64,000 bases of DNA from Eledone cirrhosa (Eukaryota): positions 22,878,001 through 22,942,000 of the forward strand of contig OZ024740.1 in the NCBI GenBank assembly GCA_964016885.1. Direction: 5' to 3'. The notes under the pieces were generated by a model, which was not told the DNA's origin, ran no database searches, and saw only the letters and a program-made list of their open reading frames with translations. Shown here in pieces: positions 1 to 13,660 of this stretch (position 1 is its first letter; each line of letters begins with the position of its first letter). A program made the position numbers and the translations under genes.

Positions 1-1952
1 GGTATATGAACCAGTAGTAAGTAGATTCAGTGATGGTATATGAACCAGTAGTAACTAGATTCAGTGATGGTATATGAACCAGTAGTAAGTAGATTCAGTG
101 ATGGTATATAAACCAGTGGTAAATAGATTCAGTGATGGTATATACACCAGTGGTAAGTAGATTAAATGATGGTATATAAACCAGTGGTAAGTAGGTTCAG
201 TGATGGTATATAAACCAGTAGTAAGTAGATTCAGTGATGGTATATGGACCAGTGGTAAGTAGATTCAGTGATGGTATATATACCAGTGGTAAGTAGATTC
301 AGTGATGGTATATGAACCAGTGGTAAGAAGATTCAGTGATGGTATATGAACCAGTGGTAAGTAGATTCAGTGATGGTATATGAACCAGTAGTAAGTAGAT
401 TCAGTGATGGTATATGAATCAGTGGTAAGTAGATTCAGTGATGGTATATGAACCAGTACTAAGTAGATTCAGTGATGGTATATGAACCAGTGGTAAGTAG
501 ATTCAGTGATGGTATATGAACCAGTGGTAAGTAAATTTAGTGATGGTATATGAACCAGTAGTAAGTAGATTCAGTGATGTATATGAACCAGTGGTAAGTA
601 GATTCAGTGATGGTATATAAACCAGTGGTAAGTAGATTCAGTGATGGTATATGAACAAGTAGTAAGTAGATTCAATGATGGTATATAAACCAGTGGTAAG
701 TAGATTCAGTGATGGTATATGAATCAGTGGTAAGTAGATTCAGTAATGGTATATGAACCAGTGGTAAGTAGATTCAGTGATGGTATATAAACCAGTAGTA
801 ACTAGATCCAGTGATGTTATATGAACCAGTAGTAAGTAGATCCAGTGATGGTATATGAACAAGTAGTAAGGAGATTCAGTGATGGTATATGAACCAGTAG
901 TAACTAGATTCAGTGATGGTATATGAACCAGTGGTAAGTAAATTCAGTGATGGTATATGAACTAGTAGTAAGTAGATTCAGTGTTGGTATATAAACCAGT
1001 GGTAAATATATTCAGTGATGTTATATAAACCAGTGGTAAGTAGATTAAATGATGGTATATAAACCAGTGGTAAGTAGATTCAGTGATGGTATATGAATCA
1101 GTGGTAAGTAGATTCAGTGATGGTATATGAACCACTGGTAAATAGATTCAGTGATGGTATATGAACCAGTGGTAAGTAGATTCAGTGATGGTATATGAAC
1201 CAGTGGTAAGTAGATTCAGTGATGGTATATGAACCAGTAGTAAGTAGATTCAGTGATGGTATATGAACCAGTGGTAAGTAGATTCAGTGATGGTTTATAA
1301 ACCAGTGGTAAGTAGATTCAGTGATGGTATACGAACCAGTAGTAAGTAGATTCAGTGATGGTATATGAACCAGTAGTAAGTAGATTCAGTGATGGTATAT
1401 GAACCAGCAATAAGTAGATTCAGTGATGGTATATAAACCAGTGGTAAGTAGATTCAGTGATGGTATATAAACTAGTAGTAAGTAGATTCAGTGATGGTAT
1501 ATGAACCAGTGGTAAGTAGATTCAGTGATGGTATATAAACCAGTGGTAAGTAGATTCAGTGATGGTATATGAACCATTGGTAAGCAGATTCAGTGATGGT
1601 ATATGAACCAGTGTAAGTAGATTCAGTGATGGTATATGAACCAGTAGTAAGTAGATTCAGTGATGGTATATGAATCAGTGGTAAGTAGATTCAGTGATGG
1701 TATATGAACCAGTAGTAAGTAGATTCAGTGATGGTATATGAACCAGTGGTAAGTAGATTCAGTGATGGTATATAAACCAGTGGTAAGTAGATTCAGTGAT
1801 GGTATATGAACCAGTGCTAAATAGATTCAGTGATGATATATGAATCAGTGGTAAGTAGATTCAGTGATGGTATATGAACCAGTAGTAAGTAGATTCAGTG
1901 ATGGTATATGAACCAGTGGTAAGTAGATTCAGTGATGGTATATAAACCAGTG
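1..1952. repeat. Block P, partial copy (variant-defined ~2.8 kb module)
   Basis: Ordered diagnostic variants tacacc, aagaag, tactaag, gatgtat (deletion ~579), aaggag, gtgttgg, accactgg, cagcaat, gtgtaag (deletion ~1613), gtgctaaa and ggcaag (1952) match the full P copies downstream. Confidence 0.9.
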
Positions 1953-4900
1953 GCAAGTAGATTCAGTGATGGTATATGAACAAGTAGTAAGTAGATTCAG
2001 TGATGGTATATAAACCAGTGGTAAGTAGATTCAGTGATGGTATATGAATGAGTGGTAAATATATTCAGTTATGGTATATGAACCAGTGGTAAGTAGATTC
2101 AGTGATGGCATATGAACCATTGGTAAGTAGATTCAGTGATGGTATATAAACCAGTGGTAAGTAGATTCTGCGATGGCATATGAACCAGTGGTAAATAGAT
2201 TCAGTGATGGTATATAAACCAGTGGTAAGTAGATTCAGTGATGGTATATAAATCAGTGGTAAGTGGATTCAGTAATGGTATATGAACCAGTGGTAAGTTG
2301 ATTCAGTGATGGTATATAAACCAGTGGTAAGCAGATTCAGTGATGGTATATGAACCAGTGGTAAGTAGATTCAGTGATGGTATATGAACCAGTGGTAAGT
2401 AGATTCAGTGATGGTATATGAACCAGTGGTAAGTAGATTCAGTGAAGGTATATAGACCACTAGTAAGTAGATTCGTTGATGGTATATAACCAGTGGTAAG
2501 TAGATTTAGTGATGGTATATAAACCAGTAGTAAGTAGATTCAGTGATGGTATATGAACCAGTGGTAAGTAAATTGAGTGATGGTATATGAACCAGTGGAA
2601 TGTAGATTCAGTGATGGTATATAAACCAGTGGTAAGTAGATTCAGTGATGGCATATGAACCAGTGGAATGTAGATTCAGTGATGGTATATGAACCAGTGG
2701 TAAGTATATTCAGTGATGGTATATGAACCAGTGGTAAATAGATTCAGTGATGGTATATGAACCAGTGGTATGTAGATTCAGTGATGGTACATAAATCAGT
2801 GTTAAGTAGATTCAGTGATGGTAAATGAACCAGTGGTAAGTATATTCAGTGATGGTATATGAACCAGTGGTAAGTAGATTCAGTGATGGTATATGAACCA
2901 GTGGTAAGTAGATTCAGTGATGGTATATGAACCAGTGGTAAGTAGATTCAGTGATGGTATATTAACCAGTAGTAACTAGATTCAGTGATGGTATATGAAC
3001 CAGTGGTAAGTAGATTCAGTGAAGGTATATAAACCAGTGGTAAATAGATTCAGTGAAGGTATATAAACCAGTGGTCAGTTGATTCAGTGATGGTATATAA
3101 ACCAGTGGAAAGTAGATTCAGTAATGGTATATAAAGCAGTGGTAAGCAGATTCAGTGATGGTATATGAACCAGTGGTAAGTAGATTCAGTGATGGTATAT
3201 GAACCAGTGGTAAGTAGATTCAGTGATGGTATATGAACAAGTAGTAAGTAGATTCAGTGATGGTATATAAACCAGTGGTAAGTAGATTCAGTGATGGTAT
3301 ATAAACCAGTGGTAAGTAGATTCAGTGATGGTATATGAATGAGTGGTAAATATATTCAGTTATGGTATATAAACCAGTGGTAAGTAGATTCAGTGATGGC
3401 ATATGAACCAGTGGTAAGTAGATTCAGTGATGGTATATAAAACAGTGGTAACTAGATTCAGTGAAGGTATATAAACCAGTGGTAAATAGATTCAGTGATG
3501 GTATATAAACCAGTGGTAAGTAGATTCAGTGATGGTATATGAATCAGTGGTAAGTAGATTCAGTAATTGTATATGAACCAGTGGTAAGTTGATTCAGTGA
3601 TGGTATATAAACCAGTGGAAAGTAGATTCAGTAATGGTATATAAACCAGTGGTAAGCAGATTCAGTGATGGTATATGAACCAGTGGTAAGTAGATTCAGT
3701 GATGGTATATGAACCAGTGGTAAGTAGATTCAGTGATGGTATATAGACCACTAGTAAGTAGATTCGGTGATGGTATATAAACCAGTGGTAAGTAGATTCA
3801 GTGATGGTATATGAACCAGTGGAATGTAGATTCAGTGATGGTATATGAACCAGTGGTTAGTAGATTCAGTGATGGTATATGAACCAGTGGTAAGTAGATT
3901 CAGTGATGGTATATGAACCAGTAGTAAGTAGATTCAGTGATGGTATATGAACCAATGGTAAATAGATTCAGTGATGGTATAAAACCAGTAGTAACTAGAT
4001 TCAGTGATGGTATATGAACCAGTGGTAACTATAGTCAGTGATGGTATATGAACCAGTGGTAAATAGATTCAGTGATGGTATATGAACCAGTAGTAAGTAG
4101 ATTCAGTGATGGTATATGAACCAATGGTAAATAGATACAGTGATGGTATGTGAACCAGTAGTAAGTAGAATCAGTGATGGTATATGAACCAGTAGTAAGT
4201 AGAATCAGTGATGATATATGAATCAGTGGTAAGTAGATTAAGTGATGGTATATAAACCAGTAGTGAGTAGATTCAGTGATGGTATATAAACCAGTGGTAA
4301 ATAGATTCAGTGATGGTATATGAATCAGTGGTAAGTAGATTCAGTGATGGTATATGAACCAGTGGTAAGTAGATTCAGTGATGGTATATGAACCAGTGGT
4401 AAGTAGATTCAGTGATGGTATATAGACCACTAGTAAGTAGATTCGGTGATGGTATATAACCAGTGGTAAGTGGATTCAGTGATGGTATATGAACCAGTGG
4501 TAAGTAGATTCAGTGATGGTATATAAACCAGTGGTAAGTAGATTCAGTGATGGTATATAAACCAGTAGTAAGTAGATTCAGTGATGGTATATGAACCAGT
4601 GGTAAGTGGATTCAGTGATGGTATATGAACCAGTGGTAAGTATATTCAGTGATGGTATATAAAACAGTGGTAAGTAGATTCAGTGATGGTATATAAACCA
4701 GTGGTAAGTAGATTCAGTGATGGTATATGAACCAGTGGTAAGTAGATTCAGTGATAGTATATGAACCAGTGGTAAGTAGATTCAGTGATGGTATATAAAA
4801 CAGTGGTAAGTAGATTCAGTGATGGTATATGAACCAGTCGTAAGTAGATTCAGTGATGGTATATGAACCAGTCGTAAGTAGATTCAGTGATGGTATATGA

Positions 4901-5725
4901 ACCAGTGGTAAGTAGATTCAGTGATGGTATATGAACCAGTAGTAAGTAGATTCAGTGATGGTATATGAACCAGTGGTAAGCAGATTCAGTGATGGTATAT
5001 GAACCAGTCGTAAGTAGATTCAGTGATGGTATATGAACCAGTGGTAAGTAGATTCAGTGATGGTATATGAACCAGTGGTAAGTATAGTCAGTGATGGTAT
5101 ATGAACCAGTGATAAATAGATTCAGTGATGGTATGTGAACCAGTAGTAAGTAGAATCAGTGATGGTATATGAACCAGTAGTAAGTAGATTCAGTGATGAT
5201 ATATGAATCAGTGGTAAGTAGATTCAGTGATGGTATATGAGCCAGTGGTAAGTAGATTCTGTGATGGTATATAAACGAGTGGTAAGTAGATTCAGTGATG
5301 GTATATGAACCAGTAGTAAGTAGATTCAGTGATGTTATATAAACCAGTGGTAAGTAGATTCAGTGATGGTATATGAACTAGTGGTAAATAGATTCAGTGA
5401 TGGTATATGAACCAGTGGTAAGTAGATTCAGTGATGGTATATGAACCAGTAGTAAGTAGATTCAGTGAAGGTATATAAACCAGTGGTAAGTAGATTCAGT
5501 GATGGTATATGTACCAGTGGTAAGTAGATTCAGTGATGGTATATGAACCAGTGGTAAGTAGATTCAGTGATGGTATATGAACCAGTGGTAAATAGATTCA
5601 GTGATGTTATATTAACCAGTGCTAAGTAGATTCAGTGATTGTATATTAACCAGTGCTAAGTAGATTCAGTGATGGTATATGAACCCGTTGTAAGTAGATT
5701 CAGTGATGATAAATAAACCAGTGGT
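1953..5725. repeat. Block R, truncated copy
   Basis: Its start matches 23162 onward at offset 21209 (identical 64-aa pseudo-ORF at 2460 and 23669). The match ends after the ccgttg/gataaata monomers near 5720. Confidence 0.85.
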
Positions 5726-6349
5726 AAGTAGATTCAGTGATGGTATGTGAACCAGTAGTAAGTAGAATCAGTGATGATATATGAATCAGTGGTAAGTAGA
5801 TTAAGTGATGGTATATAAACCAGTAGTAAGTAGATTCAGTGATGGTATATAAACCAGTGGTAAGTAGATTCAGTGATGGTATATGAATCAGTGGTAAGTA
5901 GATTCAGTGATGGTATATAAGCCAGTGGTAAGTGGATTCAGTGATGGTATATGAAGTAGTGGTAAGTAGATTCAGTGATGGTATATAAACCAGTGGTAAG
6001 TAGATTCAGTGATGGTATATGAACCAGTGGTATGTAGATTCAGTGAGGGTATATAAACCAGTGGTAAGTAGATTCAGTGATGGTATATGAACCAGTGATA
6101 AGCAGATTCAGTGATGGTATATGAATCAGTGGTAAGTAGATTCAGTGATGGTATATGAACCAGTCGTAAGTAGATTCAGTGATGGTATATGTACAAGTAG
6201 TAAGTAGATTCAGTGATGGTATATGAACCAGTGGTAGGTAGATTCAGTGATGGTATATAAACCAGTGGTAAGTAGATTCAGTGATGGTATATGAACCAGT
6301 GGTAAATAGATTCAGTGATGATATATGAATCAGTGGTAAGTAGATTCAG

Positions 6350-9300
6350 TGATGGTATATAAACCAGTGGTAAATAGATTCAGTGATGGTATATAAACCA
6401 GTAGTAAGTAGATTCAGTGATGGTATATGAACCAGTAGTAAGTAGATTCAGTGATGGTATATGAACCAGTGGTAAGTAGATTCAGTGATGGTATATAAAC
6501 CAGTGGAAAGTAGATTCAGTGATGGTATATGAACAAGTAGTAAGTAGATTCAGTGATGGTATATAAACCAGTGGTAAGTAGATTCAGTGATGGTATATGA
6601 ATGAGTGGTAAATATATTCAGTTATGGTATATAAACCAGTGGTAAGTAGATTCAGTGATGGCATATGAACCAGTAGTAAGTAGATTCAGTTATGGTATAT
6701 AAAACAGTGGTAAGTAGATTCAGTGATAGTATATAAACCAGTGGTAAGTAGATTCAGTGATGGCATATGAACCAGTGGTAAGTAGATTCAGTGATGGTAT
6801 ATGAATCAGTGGTAAGTAGATTCAGTAATGGTATATGAACCAGTGGTAAGTTGATTCAGTGATGGTATATAAACCAGTGGAAAGTAGATTCAGTGATGGT
6901 ATATGAACCAGTGGTAAGTAGATTCAGTGATGGTATATGAACCAGTGGTAAGTAGATTCAGTGATGGTATATGGACCAGTGGAAAGTAGATTTAGTGATG
7001 GTATATGAACCAGTGGTAAGTAGATTCAGTGATGGTATATAGACCACTAGTAAGTAGATTCGGTGATGGTACATAAACCAGTGGTAAGTAGATTCAGTGA
7101 TGGTATATGAACCAGTGGAAAGTAGATTCAGTGATAGTATATGAACCAGTGGTAAGTGGATTCAGTGATGGTATATGAACCAGTGGTAAGTAGATTCAGT
7201 GATGGTATATAAACCATTGGTAAGTAGATTTAGTGATGGTATATAAACCAGTAGTAAGTAGATTCAGTGATGGTATATGAACCAGTGGAAAGTAGATTCA
7301 GTGATAGTATATGAACCAGTGGTAAGTGGATTCAGTGATGGTATATGAACCAGTGGTAAGTAGATTCAGTGATTGTATATGAACCAGTGGTAAGTAGGTT
7401 CAGTGATAGTATATGAACCAGTGGTAAGTAGATTCAGTGATGGTATATGAACCAGTGGTAAGTAGATTCAGTGATGGTATATGAATCAGTGGTAAGTAGA
7501 TTCAGTGATGGTATATAAAACAGTGGTAAGTAGATTCAGTGATGGTATATGAACCAGTGGTAAGTAGATTCAGTGATAGTATATGAACCAGTGGTAAGTA
7601 GATTCAGTGATGGTATATGAACCAGTGGTAAGTAGATTCAGTGATGGTATATGAACCAGTGGTAAGTAGATTCAGTGATGGTATATGAACCAGTGGTAAG
7701 TAGATTCAGTGATGGTATGTGAACCAGTAGTAAGTAGAATCAGTGATGGTATATGAACCAGTAGTAAGTAGATTCAGTGATGATATATGAATCAGTGGTA
7801 AGTAGATTCAGTGATGGTATATGAACCAGTAGTAAGTAGATTCAGTGATGTTATATAAACCAGTGGTAAGTAGATTCAGTGATGGTATATGAACCAGTGG
7901 TAAATAGATTCAGTGATGGTATATGAACCAGTGGAAAGTAGATTCAGTGATGGTATATGAACCAGTAGTAAGTAGATTCAGTGAAGGTATATAAACCAGT
8001 GGTAAGTAGTTTCAGTGATGGTATATGAACCAGTGGTAAGTAGATTCAGTGATGGTATATGAACCAGTGGTAAGTAGATTCAGTGATGGTATATGAACCA
8101 GTGGTTAATAGATTCAGTGATGTTATATTAACCAGTGGTAAGTAGATTCAGTGATGGTATATGAACCAGTAGTAAGTAGATTCAGTGATGGTATATGAAC
8201 CAGTGGTAAGTAGATTCAGTGATGGTATATAAACCAGTGGTAAGTAGATTCAGTGATGGTATATGAACAAGTAGTAAGTAGATTCAGTGATGGTATACAA
8301 ACCAGTGGTAAGTAGATTCAGTGATGGTATATGAACCAGTGGTAAGTTGATTCAGTGATGGTATATAAACCAGTGGAAAGTAGATTCAGTAATGGTATAT
8401 AAACCAGTGGTAAGCAGATTCAGTGATGGTATATGAACCAGTGGTAAGTAGATTCAGTGATGGTATATAAACCAGTAGTAAGTAGATTCAGTGATGGTAT
8501 ATAAACCAGTGGTAAGTAGATTCAGTGATGGTATATAAACCAGTGGTAAGTAGATTCAGCGATGGTATATGAATGAGTGGTAAATAAATTCAGTTATGGT
8601 ATATAAACCAGTGGTAAGTAGATTCAGTGATGGTATATGAACCAGTGGTAAGTAGATTCAGTGATGGTATATAAAACAGTGGTAAGTAGATTCAGTGAAG
8701 GTATATAAACCAGTGGTAAATAGATTCAGTGATGGTATATAAACCAGTGGTAAGTAGATTCAGTGATGGTATATGAATCAGTGGTAAGTAGATTCAGTAA
8801 TGGTATATGAACCAGTGGTAAGTAGATTCAGTGATGGTATATAAACCAGTGGAAAGTAGATTCAGTGATGGTATATGAACAAGTAGTAAGTAGATTCAGT
8901 GATGGTATATAAACCAGTGGTAAGTAGATTCAGTGATGGTATATGAATGAGTGGTAAATATATTCAGTTATGGTATATAAACCAGTGGTAAGTAGATTCA
9001 GTGATGGCATATGAACCAGTAGTAAGTAGATTCAGTTATGGTATATAAAACAGTGGTAAGTAGATTCAGTGATAGTATATAAACCAGTGGTAAGTAGATT
9101 CAGTGATGGCATATGAACCAGTGGTAAGTAGATTCAGTGATGGTATATGAATCAGTGGTAAGTAGATTCAGTAATGGTATATGAACCAGTGGTAAGTTGA
9201 TTCAGTGATGGTATATAAACCAGTGGAAAGTAGATTCAGTGATGGTATATGAACCAGTGGTAAGTAGATTCAGTGATGGTATATGAACCAGTGGTAAGTA

Positions 9301-12300
9301 GATTCAGTGATGGTATATGGACCAGTGGAAAGTAGATTCAGTGATGGTATATGAATCAGTGGTAAGTAGATTCTGTGATGGTATATAGACCACTAGTAAG
9401 TAGATTCGGTGATGGTATATAAACCAGTGGTAAGTAGATTCAGTGATGGTATATGAACCAGTGGAAAGTAGATTCAGTGATAGTATATGAACCAGTGGTA
9501 AGTGGATTCAGTGATGGTATATGAACCAGTGGTAAGTAGATTCAGTGATGGTATATAAACCATTGGTAAGTAGATTTAGTGATGGTATATAAACCAGTAG
9601 TAAGTAGATTCAGTGATGGTATATGAACCAGTGGAAAGTAGATTCAGTGATAGTATATGAACCAGTGGTAAGTGGATTCAGTGATGGTATATGAACCAGT
9701 GGTAAGTAGATTCAGTGATTGTATATGAACCAGTGGTAAGTAGGTTCAGTGATAGTATATGAACCAGTGGTAAGTAGATTCAGTGATGGTATATGAACCA
9801 GTGGTAAGTAGATTCAGTGATGGTATATGAATCAGTGGTAAGTAGATTCAGTGATGGTATATAAAACAGTGGTAAGTAGATTCAGTGATGGTATATGAAC
9901 CAGTGGTAAGTAGATTCAGTGATAGTATATGAACCAGTGGTAAGTAGATTCAGTGATGGTATATGAACCAGTGGTAAGTAGATTCAGTGATGGTATATGA
10001 ACCAGTGGTAAGTAGATTCAGTGATGGTATATAAACCAGTGGTAAATAGATTCAGTGATGGTATATAAACCAGTAGTAAGTAGATTCAGTGATGGTATAT
10101 GAACCAGTAGTAAGTAGATTCAGTGATGGTACATGAACCAGTGGTAAGTAGATTCAGTGATGGTATATAAACCAGTGGAAAGTAGATTCAGTGATGGTAT
10201 ATGAACAAGTAGTAAGTAGATTCAGTGATGGTATATAAACCAGTGGTAAGTAGATTCAGTGATGGCATATGAACCAGTAGTAAGTAGATTCAGTTATGGT
10301 ATATAAAACAGTGGTAAGTAGATTCAGTGATAGTATATAAACCAGTGGTAAGTAGATTCAGTGATGGCATATGAACCAGTGGTAAGTAGATTCAGTGATG
10401 GTATATGAATCAGTGGTAAGTAGATTCAGTAATGGTATATGAACCAGTGGTAAGTTGATTCAGTGATGGTATATAAACCAGTGGAAAGTAGATTCAGTGA
10501 TGGTATATGAACCAGTGGTAAGTAGATTCAGTGATGGTATATGAACCAGTGGTAAGTAGATTCAGTGATGGTATATGGACCAGTGGAAAGTAGATTTAGT
10601 GATGGTATATGAACCAGTGGTAAGTAGATTCAGTGATGGTATATAGACCACTAGTAAGTAGATTCGGTGATGGTACATAAACCAGTGGTAAGTAGATTCA
10701 GTGATGGTATATGAACCAGTGGAAAGTAGATTCAGTGATAGTATATGAACCAGTGGTAAGTGGATTCAGTGATGGTATATGAACCAGTGGTAAGTAGATT
10801 CAGTGATGGTATATAAACCATTGGTAAGTAGATTTAGTGATGGTATATAAACCAGTAGTAAGTAGATTCAGTGATGGTATATGAACCAGTGGAAAGTAGA
10901 TTCAGTGATAGTATATGAACCAGTGGTAAGTGGATTCAGTGATGGTATATGAACCAGTGGTAAGTAGATTCAGTGATTGTATATGAACCAGTGGTAAGTA
11001 GGTTCAGTGATAGTATATGAACCAGTGGTAAGTAGATTCAGTGATGGTATATGAACCAGTGGTAAGTAGATTCAGTGATGGTATATGAATCAGTGGTAAG
11101 TAGATTCAGTGATGGTATATAAAACAGTGGTAAGTAGATTCAGTGATGGTATATGAACCAGTGGTAAGTAGATTCAGTGATAGTATATGAACCAGTGGTA
11201 AGTAGATTCAGTGATGGTATATGAACCAGTGGTAAGTAGATTCAGTGATGGTATATGAACCAGTGGTAAGTAGATTCAGTGATGGTATATGAACCAGTGG
11301 TAAGTAGATTCAGTGATGGTATGTGAACCAGTAGTAAGTAGAATCAGTGATGGTATATGAACCAGTAGTAAGTAGATTCAGTGATGATATATGAATCAGT
11401 GGTAAGTAGATTCAGTGATGGTATATGAACCAGTAGTAAGTAGATTCAGTGATGTTATATAAACCAGTGGTAAGTAGATTCAGTGATGGTATATGAACCA
11501 GTGGTAAATAGATTCAGTGATGGTATATGAACCAGTGGAAAGTAGATTCAGTGATGGTATATGAACCAGTAGTAAGTAGATTCAGTGAAGGTATATAAAC
11601 CAGTGGTAAGTAGTTTCAGTGATGGTATATGAACCAGTGGTAAGTAGATTCAGTGATGGTATATGAACCAGTGGTAAGTAGATTCAGTGATGGTATATGA
11701 ACCAGTGGTTAATAGATTCAGTGATGTTATATTAACCAGTGGTAAGTAGATTCAGTGATGGTATATGAACCAGTAGTAAGTAGATTCAGTGATGGTATAT
11801 GAACCAGTGGTAAGTAGATTCAGTGATGGTATATAAACCAGTGGTAAGTAGATTCAGTGATGGTATATGAACAAGTAGTAAGTAGATTCAGTGATGGTAT
11901 ATAAACCAGTGGTAAGTAGATTCAGTGATGGTATATGAACCAGTGGTAAGTTGATTCAGTGATGGTATATAAACCAGTGGAAAGTAGATTCAGTAATGGT
12001 ATATAAACCAGTGGTAAGCAGATTCAGTGATGGTATATGAACCAGTGGTAAGTAGATTCAGTGATGGTATATAAACCAGTAGTAAGTAGATTCAGTGATG
12101 GTATATAAACCAGTGGTAAGTAGATTCAGTGATGGTATATAAACCAGTGGTAAGTAGATTCAGCGATGGTATATGAATGAGTGGTAAATAAATTCAGTTA
12201 TGGTATATAAACCAGTGGTAAGTAGATTCAGTGATGGTATATGAACCAGTGGTAAGTAGATTCAGTGATGGTATATAAAACAGTGGTAAGTAGATTCAGT

Positions 12301-13650
12301 GAAGGTATATAAACCAGTGGTAAATAGATTCAGTGATGGTATATAAACCAGTGGTAAGTAGATTCAGTGATGGTATATGAATCAGTGGTAAGTAGATTCA
12401 GTAATGTTATATGAACCAGTGGTAAGTAGATTCAGTGATGGTATATAAACCAGTGGAAAGTAGATTCAGTGATGGTATATGAACAAGTAGTAAGTAGATT
12501 CAGTGATGGTATATAAACCAGTGGTAAGTAGATTCAGTGATGGTATATGAATGAGTGGTAAATATATTCAGTTATGGTATATAAACCAGTGGTAAGTAGA
12601 TTCAGTGATGGCATATGAACCAGTAGTAAGTATATTAAGTTATGGTATATAAAACAGTGGTAAGTAGATTCAGTGATAGTATATAAACCAGTGGTAAGTA
12701 GATTCAGTGATGGCATATGAACCAGTGGTAAGTAGATTCAGTGATGGTATATGAATCAGTGGTAAGTAGATTCAGTAATGGTATATGAACCAGTGGTAAG
12801 TTGATTCAGTGATGGTATATAAACCAGTGGAAAGTAGATTCAGTGATGGTATATGAACCAGTGGTAAGTAGATTCAGTGATGGTATATGAACCAGTGGTA
12901 AGTAGATTCAGTGATGGTATATGGACCAGTGGAAAGTAGATTCAGTGATGGTATATGAATCAGTGGTAAGTAGATTCTGTGATGGTATATAGACCACTAG
13001 TAAGTAGATTCGGTGATGGTATATAAACCAGTGGTAAGTAGATTCAGTGATGGTATATGAACCAGTGGAAAGTAGATTCAGTGATAGTATATGAACCAGT
13101 GGTAAGTGGATTCAGTGATGGTATATGAACCAGTGGTAAGTAGATTCAGTGATGGTATATAAACCATTGGTAAGTAGATTTAGTGATGGTATATAAACCA
13201 GTAGTAAGTAGATTCAGTGATGGTATATGAACCAGTGGAAAGTAGATTCAGTGATAGTATATGAACCAGTGGTAAGTGGATTCAGTGATGGTATATGAAC
13301 CAGTGGTAAGTAGATTCAGTGATTGTATATGAACCAGTGGTAAGTAGGTTCAGTGATAGTATATGAACCAGTGGTAAGTAGATTCAGTGATGGTATATGA
13401 ACCAGTGGTAAGTAGATTCAGTGATGGTATATGAATCAGTGGTAAGTAGATTCAGTGATGGTATATAAAACAGTGGTAAGTAGATTCAGTGATGGTATAT
13501 GAACCAGTGGTAAGTAGATTCAGTGATAGTATATGAACCAGTGGTAAGTAGATTCAGTGATGGTATATGAACCAGTGGTAAGTAGATTCAGTGATGGTAT
13601 ATGAACCAGTGGTAAGTAGATTCAGTGATGGTATATGAACCAGTGGTAAG
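6350..13650. repeat. Tandem duplication of a ~3.6 kb (106-108 monomer) Q-type segment
   Basis: Markers recur at offset 3604 = 106x34: agaccact 7041/10645 and 9387/12991, tagtttc 8007/11611, cagcgat 8557/12161, ttctgtg 9371/12975. The offset is 3672 at the very start (6361/10033). Confidence 0.9.
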
Positions 13651-13660
13651 TAGATTCAGT

